Shown here piece after piece: positions 1 to 17,795 of a DNA stretch of 64,000 nucleotides (positions are counted from its first letter, which is position 1; each line of letters opens with the position of its first letter). The notes under the pieces were generated by a model that did no database searches, was not told the origin of the DNA, and saw only the letters and a program-made list of their open reading frames with translations. The position numbers and the translations under genes were made by a program. This stretch comes from Eledone cirrhosa (Eukaryota). Location: positions 358,732,001-358,796,000 of the forward strand of contig OZ024741.1 of NCBI GenBank assembly GCA_964016885.1. Direction: 5' to 3'.

Positions 1-62
1 GACTAAAGCTATAACACCCCACTTGCCGACTTTGTAATGGGTAACCCCTGCTTGCAAAGGTA

Positions 63-2481
63 GACGTCTGTACTACCTGCTAACATATGTACATATACAC
101 TATATATATATGATCAGCAGTTAACATCTGTACTACCTGCTAACATATGTACATATACACAATATATATATGATCAGCAGTTAACGTCTGTACTACCTGC
201 TAACATATGTACATATACACTATATATATATGATGAGCAGTTAACATCTGTACTACCTGCTAACATATGTACATATACACTATATATATATAATCAGCAG
301 TTAATGTCTGTACTACCTGCTAACATATGTATATATACACTATATATATATATATGATCAGCAGTTAACATCTGTACTACCTGCTAACATATGTACATAT
401 ACACTATATATATATGATCAGCAGTTAATGTCTGTACTACCTGCTAACATATGTACGTATACACTATATATATATGATCAGCAGTTAACGTCTGTACTAC
501 CTGCTAACATATGTACATATACACTATATATATATGATCAACAGTTAATGCCTGTACTACCTGCTAACATATGTACATATACACTATATATATATGATCA
601 GCAGTTAATGCCTGTACTACATGCTAACATATGTACATATACACTATATATATGATCAGCAGTTAACATCTGTACTACCTGCTAACATATGTACATATAC
701 ACTATATATATGATCAGCAGGTAACATCTGTACTACCTGCTAACATATGTACATATACACTATATATATATGATCAGCAGTTAACATCTGTACTACCTGC
801 TAACATATGTACATATACACTATATATATGATCAGCAGTTAACATCTGTACTAGCTGCTAACATATGTACATATACACTATATATATGATCACCAGTTAA
901 CGTCTGTACTACCTACTAATATATGTATATATACACTATATATATATATATGATCAGCAGTTAACATCTGTACTACCTGCTAACATATGTACATATACAC
1001 TATATATATATATATATGATCAGCAGTTGATGTCTGTACTACCTGCTAACATATGTACATATACACTATATATATGATCAGCAGTTAACATCTGTACTAC
1101 CTGCTAAAATATGTATATATACACTATATATATATATATATATATATATATGATCAGCAGTTAACATCTGTACTACCTGCTAAAATATGTATATATACAC
1201 TATATATATATATCTATGATCAGCAGTTAACATCTGTACTACCTGCTAACATATGTATATATACACTATATATATATATATGATCAGCAGTTAACATCTG
1301 CACTACCTGCTAACATATGTACATATACACTATATATATATGATCAGCAGTTAACATCTGTACTACCTGCTAACATATGTATATATACACTATATATATA
1401 TATATATATGATCAGCAGTTAACGTCTGTACTACCTGCTAACATATGTATATATAAACTATATATATATATATATATGATCAGCAGTTAATATCTGTACT
1501 ACCTGCTAACATATGTACATATACACTATATATATGATCAGCAGTTAACATCTGTACTACCTGCTAACATATGTACATATACACTATATATATATGATCA
1601 GCAGTTAACGTCTGTACTACCTGCTAACATATGTACATATACACTATATATATATGATCAGCAGTTAATGTCTGTACTACCTGCTAACATATGTACATAT
1701 ACACTATATATATATGATCAGCAGTTAACGTCTGTACTACCTGCTAACATATGTACATACACACTATATATATATGATCAGCAGTTAATGCCTGTACTAC
1801 CTGCTAACATATGTACATATACACTATATATATATGATCAGCAGTTAATGCCTGTACTACCTGCTAACATATGTACATATACACTATATATATGATCAGC
1901 AGTTAACATCTGTACTACCTGCTAACATATGTACATATACACTATATATATGATCAGCAGGTAACATCTGTACTACCTGCTAACATATGTACATATACAC
2001 TATATATATATGATCAGCAGTTAACATCTGTACTACCTGCTAACATATGTACATATACACTATATATATATATATATATGATCAGCAGTTAATGTCTGTA
2101 CTACCTGCTAACATATGTACATATACACTATATATATATATGATCAGCAGTTGATGTCTGTACTACCTGCTAACATATATTTATATACACTATATATATG
2201 ATCAGCAGTTAACATCTGTACTACCTGCTAACATATGTACATATACACTATATATATATGATCAGCAGTTGATGTCTGTACTACCTGCTAACATATGTAC
2301 ATATACACTATATATATGATCAGCAGTTAACATCTGTACTACCTGCTAACATATGTATATATACACTATATATATGATCAGCAGTTAACGTCTGTACTAC
2401 CTGCTAACATATGTACATATCCAATATATATCTATGATCAGAAGTTGATGTCTGTACTACCTGCTAACATATGTATATATA

Positions 2482-2516
<35 letters not shown>

Positions 2517-5500
2517 CAGCAGTTAACGTCTGTACTACCTGCTAACATATGTACATATACACTATATAAATATGATCAGCAGTTAACGTCTGTACTACCT
2601 GCTAACATATGTATATATACACTATATATATATATATATATGATCAGCAGTTAACGTCTGTACTACCTGCTAACATATGTACATATACACTATATATATG
2701 ATCAGCAGTTAACGTCTGTACTACCTGCTAACATATGTACATATACACTATATATATGATGAGCAGTTAACATCTGTACTACCTGCTAACATATGTACAT
2801 ATACACTATATATATGATCAGCAGTTAACGTCTGTACTACCTGATAACATATGTACATATACACTATATATATATGATCAGCAGTTAACGTCTGTACTAC
2901 CTGCTAACATATGTACATATACACTATATATATGATCAGCAGTTAACATCTGTACTACCTGCTAACATATGTACATATATACTATATATATATATGATCA
3001 GCAGTTAACGTCTGTACTACCTGCTAACATATGTACATATACACTATATATATGATCAGCAGTTAACATCTGTACTACCTGCTAACATATGTACATATAT
3101 ACTATATATATATATGATCAGCAGGTAACATCTGTACTACCTGCTAACATATGTACATATACACTATATATATATATATTATCAGCAGTTAACATCTGTA
3201 CTACCTGCTAACATATGTACATATACACTATATATATGATCAGCAGTTAATGTCTGTACTACCTGCTAACATATGTACATATACACTATATATATATATG
3301 ATCAGCAGTTAACGTCTGTACTACCTGCTAACATATGTACATATACACTATATATATGATCAGCAGTTAATGTCTGTACTACCTGCTAACATATGTACAT
3401 ATGCACTATATATATATGATCAGCAGGTAACATCTGTACTACCTGCTAACATATGTACATATACACTATATATATATATATGATCAGCAGTTAACATCTG
3501 TACTACCTGCTAACATATGTACATATACACTATATATATATATCATCAGCAGGTAACATCTGTACTACCTGCTAACATATGTACATATACACTATATATA
3601 TATATATGATCAGCAGTTAACATCTGTACTACCTGCTAACATATGTACATATACACTATATATATGATCAGCAGTTAATGCCTGTATTACCTGCTAACAT
3701 ATGTACATATACACTATATATATATATATGATCAGCAGTTAATGCCTGTACTACCTGCTAACATATGTACATATACACTATATATATATGATCAGCAGTT
3801 AACATCTGTACTACCTGCTAACATATGTACATATACACTATATATATATGATCAGCAGTTAACGTCTGTACTACCTGCTAACATATGTATATATACACTA
3901 TATATATATATATATATGATCAGCAGTTAACATCTGTACTACCTGCTAACATATGTACATATACACTATATATATATGATCAGCAGTTAACGTCTGTACT
4001 ACCTGCTAACATATGTATATATACACTATATATATATGATCAGCAGTTAACATCTGTACTACCTGCTAACATATGTACATATACACTATATATATATGAT
4101 CAGCAGTTAACGTCTGTACTACCTGCTAACATATGTATATATACACTATATATATATATATATATATGATCAGCAGTTAACGTCTGTACTACCTGCTAAC
4201 ATATGTACATATACACTATATATATGATCAGCAGTTAACATCTGTACTACCTGCTAACATATGTACATATACACTATATATATATATGATCAGCAGGTAA
4301 CATCTGTACTACCTGCTAACATATGTACATATACACTATATATATATGATCAGCAGTTAACATCTGTACTACCTGCTAACATATGTACATATACACTATA
4401 TATATATATGATCAGCAGGTAACATCTGTACTACCTGCTAACATATGTACATATACACTATATATATATGATCAGCAGTTAATGCCTGTATTACCTGCTA
4501 ACATATGTACATATACACTATATATATATATATGATCAGCAGTTAATGCCTGTACTACCTGCTAACATATGTACATATACACTATATATATATGATCAGC
4601 AGTTAACATCTGTACTACCTGCTAACATATGTAAATATACACTATATATATGATCAGCAGTTAACATCTGTACTACCTGCTAACATATGTACATATACAC
4701 TATATATATATGATCAGCAGTTAACATCTGTACTACCTGCTAACATATGTATATATACACTATATATATATGATCAGCAGTTGATGCCTGTACTACCTGC
4801 TAACATATGTACATATACACTATATATATGATCAGCAGTTAACATCTATACTACCTTCTAACATATGTACATATACAATATATATCTATGATCAGAAGTT
4901 GATGTCTGTACTACCTACTAACATATGTATATATACACTATATATATATATATGATCAGCAGTTAACGTTTGTACTACCTGCTAAAATATGTACATATAC
5001 AATATATATCTATGATCAGCAGTTAACATCTGTACTACCTGCTAACATATGTATATATACACTATATATATATGATCAGCAGTTAACATCTGTACTACCT
5101 GCTAACATATGTACATATACACTATATATATATGATCAGCAGTTAACATCTGTACTACCTGCTAACATATGTACATATACACTATATATATATGATCAGC
5201 AGTTAACATCTGTACTACCTGCTAACATATGTACATATACACTATATATATATCTATGATCAGCAGTTAACGTCTGTACTACCTGCTAACATATGTACAT
5301 ATACACTATATATATATGATCAGCAGTTAACGTCTGTACTACCTGCTAACATATGTACATATACACTATATATATATATATATGATCAGCAGTTAACATC
5401 TGTACTAGCTGCTACCATATGTATATATACACTATATATATATGATCAGCAGTTGATGTCTGTACTACCTGCTAACATATATTTATATACACTATATATA

Positions 5501-7355
5501 TGATCAGCAGTTAACATCTGTACTACCTGCTAACATATGTACATATACACTATATATATATGATCAACAGTTAATGCCTGTACTACCTGCTAACATATGT
5601 ACATATACACTATATATATATGATCAGCAGTTAATGCCTGTACTACATGCTAACATATGTACATATACACTATATATATGATCAGCAGTTAACATCTGTA
5701 CTACCTGCTAACATATGTACATATACACTATATATATGATCAGCAGGTAACATCTGTACTACCTGCTAACATATGTACATATACACTATATATATATGAA
5801 CAGCAGTTAACATCTGTACTTCCTGCTAACATATGTACATATACACTATATATATGATCAGCAGTTAACATCTGTACTAGCTGCTAACATATGTACATAT
5901 ACACTATATATATGATCACCAGTTAACGTCTGTACTACCTACTAATATATGTATATATACACTATATATATATATATGATCAGCAGTTAACATCTGTACT
6001 ACCTGCTAACATATGTACATATACACTATATATATATATATATGATCAGCAGTTGATGTCTGTACTACCTGCTAACATATGTACATATACACTATATATA
6101 TATATATATATATATATATGATCAGCAGTTAACGTCTGTACTACCTGCTAAAATATGTATATATACACTATATATATATATATATATATATATATGATCA
6201 GCAGTTAACGTCTGTACTACCTGCTAAAATATGTATATATACACTATATATATATATCTATGATCAGCAGTTAACATCTGTACTACCTGCTAACATATGT
6301 ATATATACACTATATATATATATATGATCAGCAGTTAACATCTGCACTACCTGCTAACATATGTACATATACACTATATATATATGATCAGCAGTTAACA
6401 TCTGTACTACCTGCTAACATATGTATATATACACTATATATATATATATATATGATCAGCAGTTAACGTCTGTACTACCTGCTAACATATGTATATATAA
6501 ACTATATATATATATATATATGATCAGCAGTTAACATCTGTACTACCTGCTAACATATGTATATATACACTATATATATATATATATATGATCAGCAGTT
6601 AATGTCTGTACTACCTGCTAACATATGTACATACACACTATATATATATGATCAGCAGTTAATGCCTGTACTACCTGCTAACATATGTACATATACACTA
6701 TATATATATGATCAGCAGTTAATGCCTGTACTACCTGCTAACATATGTACATATACACTATATATATGATCAGCAGTTAACATCTGTACTACCTGCTAAC
6801 ATATGTACATATACACTATATATATGATCAGCAGGTAACATCTGTACTACCTGCTAACATATGTACATATACACTATATATATATGATCAGCAGTTAACA
6901 TCTGTACTACCTGCTAACATATGTACATATACACTATATATATATATATATATGATCAGCAGTTAATGTCTGTACTACCTGCTAACATATGTACATATAC
7001 ACTATATATATATATGATCAGCAGTTGATGTCTGTACTACCTGCTAACATATATTTATATACACTATATATATGATCAGCAGTTAACATCTGTACTACCT
7101 GCTAACATATGTACATATACACTATATATATATGATCAGCAGTTGATGTCTGTACTACCTGCTAACATATGTACATATACACTATATATATGATCAGCAG
7201 TTAACATCTGTACTACCTGCTAACATATGTATATATACACTATATATATGATCAGCAGTTAACGTCTGTACTACCTGCTAACATATGTACATATCCAATA
7301 TATATCTATGATCAGAAGTTGATGTCTGTACTACCTGCTAACATATGTATATATA

Positions 7356-7390
<35 letters not shown>

Positions 7391-10300
7391 CAGCAGTTAA
7401 CGTCTGTACTACCTGCTAACATATGTACATATACACTATATAAATATGATCAGCAGTTAACGTCTGTACTACCTGCTAACATATGTATATATACACTATA
7501 TATATATATATATATGATCAGCAGTTAACGTCTGTACTACCTGCTAACATATGTACATATACACTATATATATGATCAGCAGTTAACGTCTGTACTACCT
7601 GCTAACATATGTACATATACACTATATATATGATGAGCAGTTAACATCTGTACTACCTGCTAACATATGTACATATACACTATATATATGATCAGCAGTT
7701 AACGTCTGTACTACCTGATAACATATGTACATATACACTATATATATATGATCAGCAGTTAACGTCTGTACTACCTGCTAACATATGTACATATACACTA
7801 TATATATGATCAGCAGTTAACATCTGTACTACCTGCTAACATATGTACATATATACTATATATATATATGATCAGCAGTTAACGTCTGTACTACCTGCTA
7901 ACATATGTACATATACACTATATATATGATCAGCAGTTAACATCTGTACTACCTGCTAACATATGTACATATATACTATATATATATATGATCAGCAGGT
8001 AACATCTGTACTACCTGCTAACATATGTACATATACACTATATATATATATATTATCAGCAGTTAACATCTGTACTACCTGCTAACATATGTACATATAC
8101 ACTATATATATGATCAGCAGTTAATGTCTGTACTACCTGCTAACATATGTACATATACACTATATATATATATGATCAGCAGTTAACGTCTGTACTACCT
8201 GCTAACATATGTACATATACACTATATATATGATCAGCAGTTAATGTCTGTACTACCTGCTAACATATGTACATATGCACTATATATATATGATCAGCAG
8301 GTAACATCTGTACTACCTGCTAACATATGTACATATACACTATATATATATATATGATCAGCAGTTAACATCTGTACTACCTGCTAACATATGTACATAT
8401 ACACTATATATATATATCATCAGCAGGTAACATCTGTACTACCTGCTAACATATGTACATATACACTATATATATATATATGATCAGCAGTTAACATCTG
8501 TACTACCTGCTAACATATGTACATATACACTATATATATGATCAGCAGTTAATGCCTGTATTACCTGCTAACATATGTACATATACACTATATATATATA
8601 TATGATCAGCAGTTAATGCCTGTACTACCTGCTAACATATGTACATATACACTATATATATATGATCAGCAGTTAACATCTGTACTACCTGCTAACATAT
8701 GTACATATACACTATATATATATGATCAGCAGTTAACGTCTGTACTACCTGCTAACATATGTATATATACACTATATATATATATATATATGATCAGCAG
8801 TTAACATCTGTACTACCTGCTAACATATGTACATATACACTATATATATATGATCAGCAGTTAACGTCTGTACTACCTGCTAACATATGTATATATACAC
8901 TATATATATATGATCAGCAGTTAACATCTGTACTACCTGCTAACATATGTACATATACACTATATATATATGATCAGCAGTTAACGTCTGTACTACCTGC
9001 TAACATATGTATATATACACTATATATATATATATATATATGATCAGCAGTTAACGTCTGTACTACCTGCTAACATATGTACATATACACTATATATATG
9101 ATCAGCAGTTAACATCTGTACTACCTGCTAACATATGTACATATACACTATATATATATATGATCAGCAGGTAACATCTGTACTACCTGCTAACATATGT
9201 ACATATACACTATATATATATGATCAGCAGTTAACATCTGTACTACCTGCTAACATATGTACATATACACTATATATATATATGATCAGCAGGTAACATC
9301 TGTACTACCTGCTAACATATGTACATATACACTATATATATATGATCAGCAGTTAATGCCTGTATTACCTGCTAACATATGTACATATACACTATATATA
9401 TATATATGATCAGCAGTTAATGCCTGTACTACCTGCTAACATATGTACATATACACTATATATATATGATCAGCAGTTAACATCTGTACTACCTGCTAAC
9501 ATATGTAAATATACACTATATATATGATCAGCAGTTAACATCTGTACTACCTGCTAACATATGTACATATACACTATATATATATGATCAGCAGTTAACA
9601 TCTGTACTACCTGCTAACATATGTATATATACACTATATATATATGATCAGCAGTTGATGCCTGTACTACCTGCTAACATATGTACATATACACTATATA
9701 TATGATCAGCAGTTAACATCTATACTACCTTCTAACATATGTACATATACAATATATATCTATGATCAGAAGTTGATGTCTGTACTACCTACTAACATAT
9801 GTATATATACACTATATATATATATATGATCAGCAGTTAACGTTTGTACTACCTGCTAAAATATGTACATATACAATATATATCTATGATCAGCAGTTAA
9901 CATCTGTACTACCTGCTAACATATGTATATATACACTATATATATATGATCAGCAGTTAACATCTGTACTACCTGCTAACATATGTACATATACACTATA
10001 TATATATGATCAGCAGTTAACATCTGTACTACCTGCTAACATATGTACATATACACTATATATATATGATCAGCAGTTAACATCTGTACTACCTGCTAAC
10101 ATATGTACATATACACTATATATATATCTATGATCAGCAGTTAACGTCTGTACTACCTGCTAACATATGTACATATACACTATATATATATGATCAGCAG
10201 TTAACGTCTGTACTACCTGCTAACATATGTACATATACACTATATATATATATATATGATCAGCAGTTAACATCTGTACTAGCTGCTACCATATGTATAT

Positions 10301-10476
10301 ATACACTATATATATATGATCAGCAGTTGATGTCTGTACTACCTGCTAACATATATTTATATACACTATATATATGATCAGCAGTTAACATCTGTACTAC
10401 CTGCTAACATATGTACATATACAATATATATCTATGATCAGAAGTTGATGTCTGTACTACCTGCTAACATATGTAT
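63..10476. repeat. ~60-bp satellite array, block 1
   Basis: Tandem monomer GATCAGCAGTTAACATCTGTACTACCTGCTAACATATGTACATATACAC(TA)n with variable TA-run length; contains a ~4.9-5.0 kb tandem duplication (identical ORFs at 2445/7319 and 3742/8616, offset 4874). Confidence 0.98.
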
Positions 10477-11211
10477 CATCATCATCATCAGGTTTAGCGT
10501 CCGTGTTCCACGCTTGCATGGGTTTGGACGGGGGTTTTCCCACTTGAGGCAAGAGTGGTTGTCTTGCTCGCATAGGACTGTCTGGCGGGTTTTCTACAGT
10601 TGGTTGCCCTTCCTAACACCAACCACATTTACAGTGTGGGGCTGGGAGGTTTTTACCGTGTTGCCTACACGGCCACATTACAGTGTGGACTGTCTGGCGG
10701 GTTTTCTACAGCTGGATGCCCTTCCTAACACCAACCACATTTACAGTGTGGGGCTGGGAGGTTTTTAACGTGTTGCCTACACGGCCACATTTACAGCGTG
10801 GACTGTGTGTTTTTTGTCGTGACACCTACACGATCTCATTTGTTTCGGCCTGGATGTTGTGGGACCAACATAACTTTACATTGAAAGGGGCGGTGTGGGT
10901 GGGGTGGAGGTGGTGGGACGGGAGTGTGTTTTGATAGAGATGCCTACTGACTGTAGTAGGTTTTTACTTTGTATTTAGGTAAGGCGGGTCTTCTCTATTA
11001 CTGAGTACCGCCAAAGGTCTCGGTCCAGTGACATTGTCTTGGAGAGGTGTAAGCGTGTGAGGTCGGAATTTATCAGCTCGTCCCATGTTTTTCTGGGTCT
11101 GCCTACTCCGTGGCTACCGTCTATCTTTATTGCCCTGCACTTTGTTATACAGCTGTCGTCTTTCATGCGCATCACGTGACCGTACCAACGTAGCCTTCTC
11201 TCGAGTAAACA
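10477..11211 (-). mobile_element. 5'-truncated RTE-clade LINE (ORF C-terminus, 3' UTR, (TGA)n tail)
   Basis: Minus strand reads ERRLRWYGHVMRM...GRPRKTWDELINSDL...DRDLWR, typical of the RTE ORF C-terminus; (CAT)n at 10477-10490 is the 3' tail; ~112-bp tandem repeat in the 3' UTR (starts 10575, 10687, 10800); the satellite monomer resumes at 11212. Confidence 0.9.
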
Positions 11212-14200
11212 ATATATACACTATATATATATATATATATATGATCAGCAGTTAACGTCTGTACTACCTGCTAAAATATGTACACATACAATATATATCT
11301 ATGATCAGCAGTTGATGTCTGTACTACCTGCTAACATATGTACATATACACTATATATATATGATCAGCAGTTAACGTCTGTACTACCTGCTAACATATG
11401 TATATATACACTATATATATATGATCAGCAATTAACATCTGTACTACCTGCTAACATATGTACATATACACTATATATATATGATCAGCGGTTAACATCT
11501 GTACTACCTGCTAACATATGTACATATACACTATATATATATATATGATCAGCAGTTAATGCCTGTACTACCTGCTAACATATGTACATATACACTATAT
11601 ATATGATCAGCAGTTAACATCTGTACTACCTGCTAACATATGTACATATACACTATATAGATATGATCAGCAGTTAATGTCTGTACTAACTGCTAACATA
11701 TGTATATATACACTATATATATATGAGCAGCAGTTAACATCTGTACTACCTGCTAACATATGTACATATACACTATATATATATATGATCAGCAGTTAAC
11801 ATCTGTACTACCTGCTAACATATGTATATATACACTATATATATATGATCAGCAGTTGATGTCTGTAATACCTGCTAACATATATTTATATACACTATAT
11901 ATATGATCAGCAGTTAACATCTGTACTACCTGCTAACATATGTACATATACAATATATATCTATGATCAGAAGTTGATGTCTGTACTACCTGCTAACATA
12001 TGTATATATACACTATATATATATATATATATGATCAGCAGTTAACGTCTGTACTACCTGCTAAAATATGTACACATACAATATATATCTATGATCAGCA
12101 GTTGATGTCTGTACTACCTGCTAACATATGTACATATACACTATATATATATGATCAGCAGTTAACGTCTGTACTACCTGCTAACATATGTATATATACA
12201 CTATATATATATGATCAGCAATTAACATCTGTACTACCTGCTAACATATGTACATATACACTATATATATATAATCAGCAGTTAATCTCTGTACTACCTG
12301 CTAACATATGTACATATACACTATATATATATGATCAGCAGTTAACATCTGTACTACCTGCTAACATATGTACATATACACTATATATATATATATGATC
12401 AGCCGGTAACGTCTGTACTACCTGCTAACATATGTACATATACGCTATATATATGATCAGCAGTTAACGTCTGTACTACCTGCTAACATATGTACATATA
12501 CACTATATATATATGATCAGCAGTTAACATCTGTACTACCTGCTAACATATGTACATATACACTATATATATATGATCAGCAGTTAACATCTGTACTACC
12601 TGCTAATATATGTACATATACACTATATATACATGATGAGCAGTTAACATCTGTACTACCTGCTAACATATGTATATATACACTATATATATATATATGA
12701 TCAGCAGTTAACATCTGCACTACCTGCTAACATATGTACATATACACTATATATATATGATCAGCAGTTAACATCTGTACTACCTGCTAACATATGTACA
12801 TAAACACTATATATATATCTATGATCAGCAGTTAACGTCTCTACTACCTGCTAACATATGTACATATACACTATATATATATATATATGATCAGCAGTTA
12901 AAATCTGTACTACCTGCTAACATATGTACATATACACTATATATATGATCAGCAGTTAACATCTGTACTACCTGCTAACATATGTACATATACACTATAT
13001 AGATATTATCAGCAGTTAATGTCTGTACTAACTGCTAACATATGTATATATACACTATATATATATGAGCAGCAGTTAACATCTGTACTACCTGCTAACA
13101 TATGTATATATACACTATATATATATGATCAGCAGTTGATGTCTGTAATACCTGCTAACATATATTTATATACACTATATATATGATCAGCAGTTAACAT
13201 CTGTACTACCTGCTAACATATGTACATATACAATATATATCTATGATCAGAAGTTGATGTCTGTACTACCTGCTAACATATGTATATATACACTATATAT
13301 ATATATATATATGATCAGCAGTTAACGTCTGTACTACCTGCTAAAATATGTACACATACAATATATATCTATGATCAGCAGTTGATGTCTGTACTACCTG
13401 CTAACATATGTACATATACACTATATATATATGATCAGCAGTTAACGTCTGTACTACCTGCTAACATATGTATATATACACTATATATATATGATCAGCA
13501 ATTAACATCTGTACTACCTGCTAACATATGTACATATACACTATATATATATAATCAGCAGTTAATCTCTGTACTACCTGCTAACATATGTACATATACA
13601 CTATATATATATGATCAGCAGTTAACATCTGTACTACCTGCTAACATATGTACATATACACTATATATATATATATGATCAGCCGGTAACGTCTGTACTA
13701 CCTGCTAACATATGTACATATACGCTATATATATGATCAGCAGTTAACGTCTGTACTACCTGCTAACATATGTACATATACACTATATATATATGATCAG
13801 CAGTTAACATCTGTACTACCTGCTAACATATGTACATATACACTATATATATATATATGATCAGCAGTTAACATCTGTACTACCTGCTAACATATGTACA
13901 TATACACTATATATATATGATCAGCAGTTAACATCTGTACTACCTGCTAATATATGTACATATACACTATATATACATGATGAGCAGTTAACATCTGTAC
14001 TACCTGCTAACATATGTATATATACACTATATATATATATATGATCAGCAGTTAACATCTGCACTACCTGCTAACATATGTACATATACACTATATATAT
14101 ATGATCAGCAGTTAACATCTGTACTACCTGCTAACATATGTACATAAACACTATATATATATCTATGATCAGCAGTTAACGTCTCTACTACCTGCTAACA

Positions 14201-16840
14201 TATGTACATATACACTATATATATATATATATGATCAGCAGTTAAAATCTGTACTACCTGCTAACATATGTACATATACACTATATATATATCTATGATC
14301 AGCAGTTAACGTCTGTACTACCTGCTAACATATGTACATATACACTATATATATATATATATGATCAGCAGTTAAAATCTGTACTACCTGCTAACATATG
14401 TAAATATACACTATATATATATGATCAGCAGTTAACATCTGTACTACCTGCTAACATATGTACATATACACTATATATCTATGAACAGCAGTTAATGTCT
14501 GTACTACCTGCTAACATATGTACATATACACTATATATATATGATCAGCAATTAATGTCTGTACTACCTACTAACATATGTACATATACACTATATATAT
14601 GATCAGCAGTTAACATCTGTACTACCGGCTAACATATGTACATATACACTATATATATGATCAGCAGTTAACATCTGTACTACCTGCTAACATATGTACA
14701 TATACACTATATATATATGATCAGCAGTTAACGTCTGTACTACCTGCTAACATATGTATATGTACACTATATATATATGATCAGCAGGTAACATCTGTAC
14801 TACCTGCTAACATATGTACATATACACTATATATATGATCAGCAGTTAACATCTGTACTACCTGCTAACATATGTACATATACACTATATATATATGATC
14901 AGCAGTTAATGTCTGTACTAACTGCTAACATATGTATATATACACTATATATATATGATCAGCAGTTAACATCTGTACTACCTGCTAACATATGTATATA
15001 TACACTATATATATATGATCAGCAGTTGATGTCTGTACTACCTGCTAACATATATTTATATACACTATATATATGATCAGCAGCTAACATATGTACATAT
15101 ACAATATTTATCTATGATCAGAAGTTGATGTCTGTACTACCTGCTAACATATGTATATATACACTCTATATATATATATATATATGATCAGCAGTTAACA
15201 TTTGTACTACCTGCTAACATATATTTATATACACTATATATATGATCAGCAGCTAACATATGTACAAATACAATATTTATCTATGATCAGAAGTTGATGT
15301 CTGTACTACCTGCTAACATATGTATATATACACTCTATATATATATATATATATATGATCAGCAGTTAACATCTGTATTACCTGCTAACATATGTACATA
15401 TACACTATATATATGATCAACAGTTAACATCTGTACTACCTGCTAACATATGTACATATACACTATATATATATATATGATCAGCAGTTAACGTCTGTAC
15501 TACCTGCTAACATATGTATATGTACACTATATATATATGATCAGCAGGTAACATCTGTACTACCTGCTAACATATGTACATATACACTATATATATGATC
15601 AGCAGTTAACATCTGTACTACCTGCTAACATATGTACATATACACTATATATATATGATCAGCAGTTAATGTCTGTACTAACTGCTAACATATGTATATA
15701 TACACTATATATATATGATCAGCAGTTAACATCTGTACTACCTGCTAACATATGTATATATACACTATATATATATGATCAGCAGTTGATGTCTGTACTA
15801 CCTGCTAACATATATTTATATACACTATATATATGATCAGCAGCTAACATATGTACATATACAATATTTATCTATGATCAGAAGTTGATGTCTGTACTAC
15901 CTGCTAACATATGTATATATACACTCTATATATATATATATATATGATCAGCAGTTAACATCTGTACTACCTGCTAACATATGTACATATACACTATATA
16001 TATATGATCAGCAGTTAACATCTGTACTACCTGCTAACATATGTACATATACACTATATATATATGATCAGCAGTTAACGTCAGTACTACCTGCTAACAT
16101 ATGTACATATACACTATATATATATATATGATCACCAGTTAATGCCTGTACTACCTGCTAACATATGTACATATACACTATATATATGATCAGCAGTTAA
16201 CATCTGTACTACCTGCTAACATATGTACATATACACTATATATATGATCAGCAGTTAATGTCTGGACTAACTGCTAACATATGTACATATACACTATATA
16301 TATGATCAGCAGTTAACATCTGTACTACCTGCTAACATATGTACATATACACTATATATATATGATCAGCAGTTAATGTCTGTACTAACAGCTAACGTAT
16401 GTATATATACACTATATATATATGATCAGCAGTTAACATCTGTACTACCTGCTAACATATGTACATATACACTATATATTTTATATGATCAGCAGTTAAC
16501 ATCTGTACTACCTGCTAACATATGTATATATACACTATATATATATGATCAGCAGTTGATGTCTGTACTACCTGCTAACATATATTTATATACACTATAT
16601 ATATGATCAGCAGTTAACATCTGTACTACCTGCTAACATATGTACATATACAATATATATCTATGATCAGAAGTTGATGTCTGTACTACCTGCTAAGATA
16701 TGTATATATACACTATATATATATATATATATATATGATCAGCAGTTAACATCTGTACTACCTGCTAACATATGTACATATACAATATATATCTATGATC
16801 AGAAGTTGATGTCTGTACTACCTGCTAACATATGTATATA
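11212..16840. repeat. ~60-bp satellite array, block 2
   Basis: Same monomer; 1280-bp duplication (ORFs 12000/13280); 19-bp-deleted monomers (CAGCAGCTAACAT) near 15081, 15251 and 15841. Confidence 0.98.
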
Positions 16841-17795
16841 CTAGACATGAAAAATGCGCAAGCTCAAAAGTGCCACAGAATGTTATAATAAACCTTCAAA
16901 AGTGTGGGACTAGAGTTGTTGCTAAAAAATATTGTAATCATTATACATCGTACATTCTGTGGCATCCTTTATAAAAATAGCTTAAACCAACGAAGCCTTT
17001 ATTTTTACGCTATTTCACTTAGTTAATTCTTAGAGTGTAACATATAAAAATATCATTTACAACTATAAAATAAATTAATTAATATAATAACAGAGCTGCG
17101 GAGCTGAAATTTAGGAAATAATGGAGTATCGGATCCTGAGTTGGAGCCAGTCAATTTTTGGCCGACTCCGCAGCCCTGTATAATACATTTCATATTAAAG
17201 TTATTAATAAACCTATTTTACACTTCATGCAAATTACCACGAGATATTGATATTAGATATAAGATACAGCGCAATATCTACAGCTGTAAAAGTACGAAAG
17301 CGAAGTAATAATAAATGGCTTAAGGTAATTCCAATATGAAAGTTTGTAGTGATAAAAATTTGATAATGCAATACGATTGTTAATATTATAGTTCGATGAA
17401 AATGTAACAATAGATAACTAAATTATTTTACTATTAGTATATTTAAGAAATTATCATTATAGATTTGATCGTTCATATAAGCATCATATTAAGTTTCAAC
17501 ACAATTATTTTGTTACTATGAGTATATGATAATAATATTACGTAATTATTTATAGCTGTTATTACATTAAACATAGATGTATTTATTTTTATATGTTACA
17601 CTCTAAGAATTAACTAAGTGAAATAGCGTAAAAATAAAGGCTTCGTTGGTTTAAGCTATTTTTATAAAGGATGCCACAGAATGTACGATATATAATGATT
17701 ACAATATTTTTTAGCAACAACTCTAGTCCCACACTTTTGAAGGTTTATTATAACATTCTGTGGCACTTTTGAGCTTGCGCATTTTTCATGTCTAG
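16841..17795. repeat. 212-bp inverted repeat (955-bp foldback)
   Basis: 16841-17052 is the reverse complement of 17584-17795 with one mismatch seen; both outer ends are CTAG. Confidence 0.95.
17091..17178. mobile_element. Tiny hAT-like MITE relic
   Basis: TIRs CAGAGCTGCGGAG / CTCCGCAGCCCTG; 8-bp flanks TATAATAA / TATAATAC (7/8 match) fit an hAT-type TSD. Confidence 0.65.
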
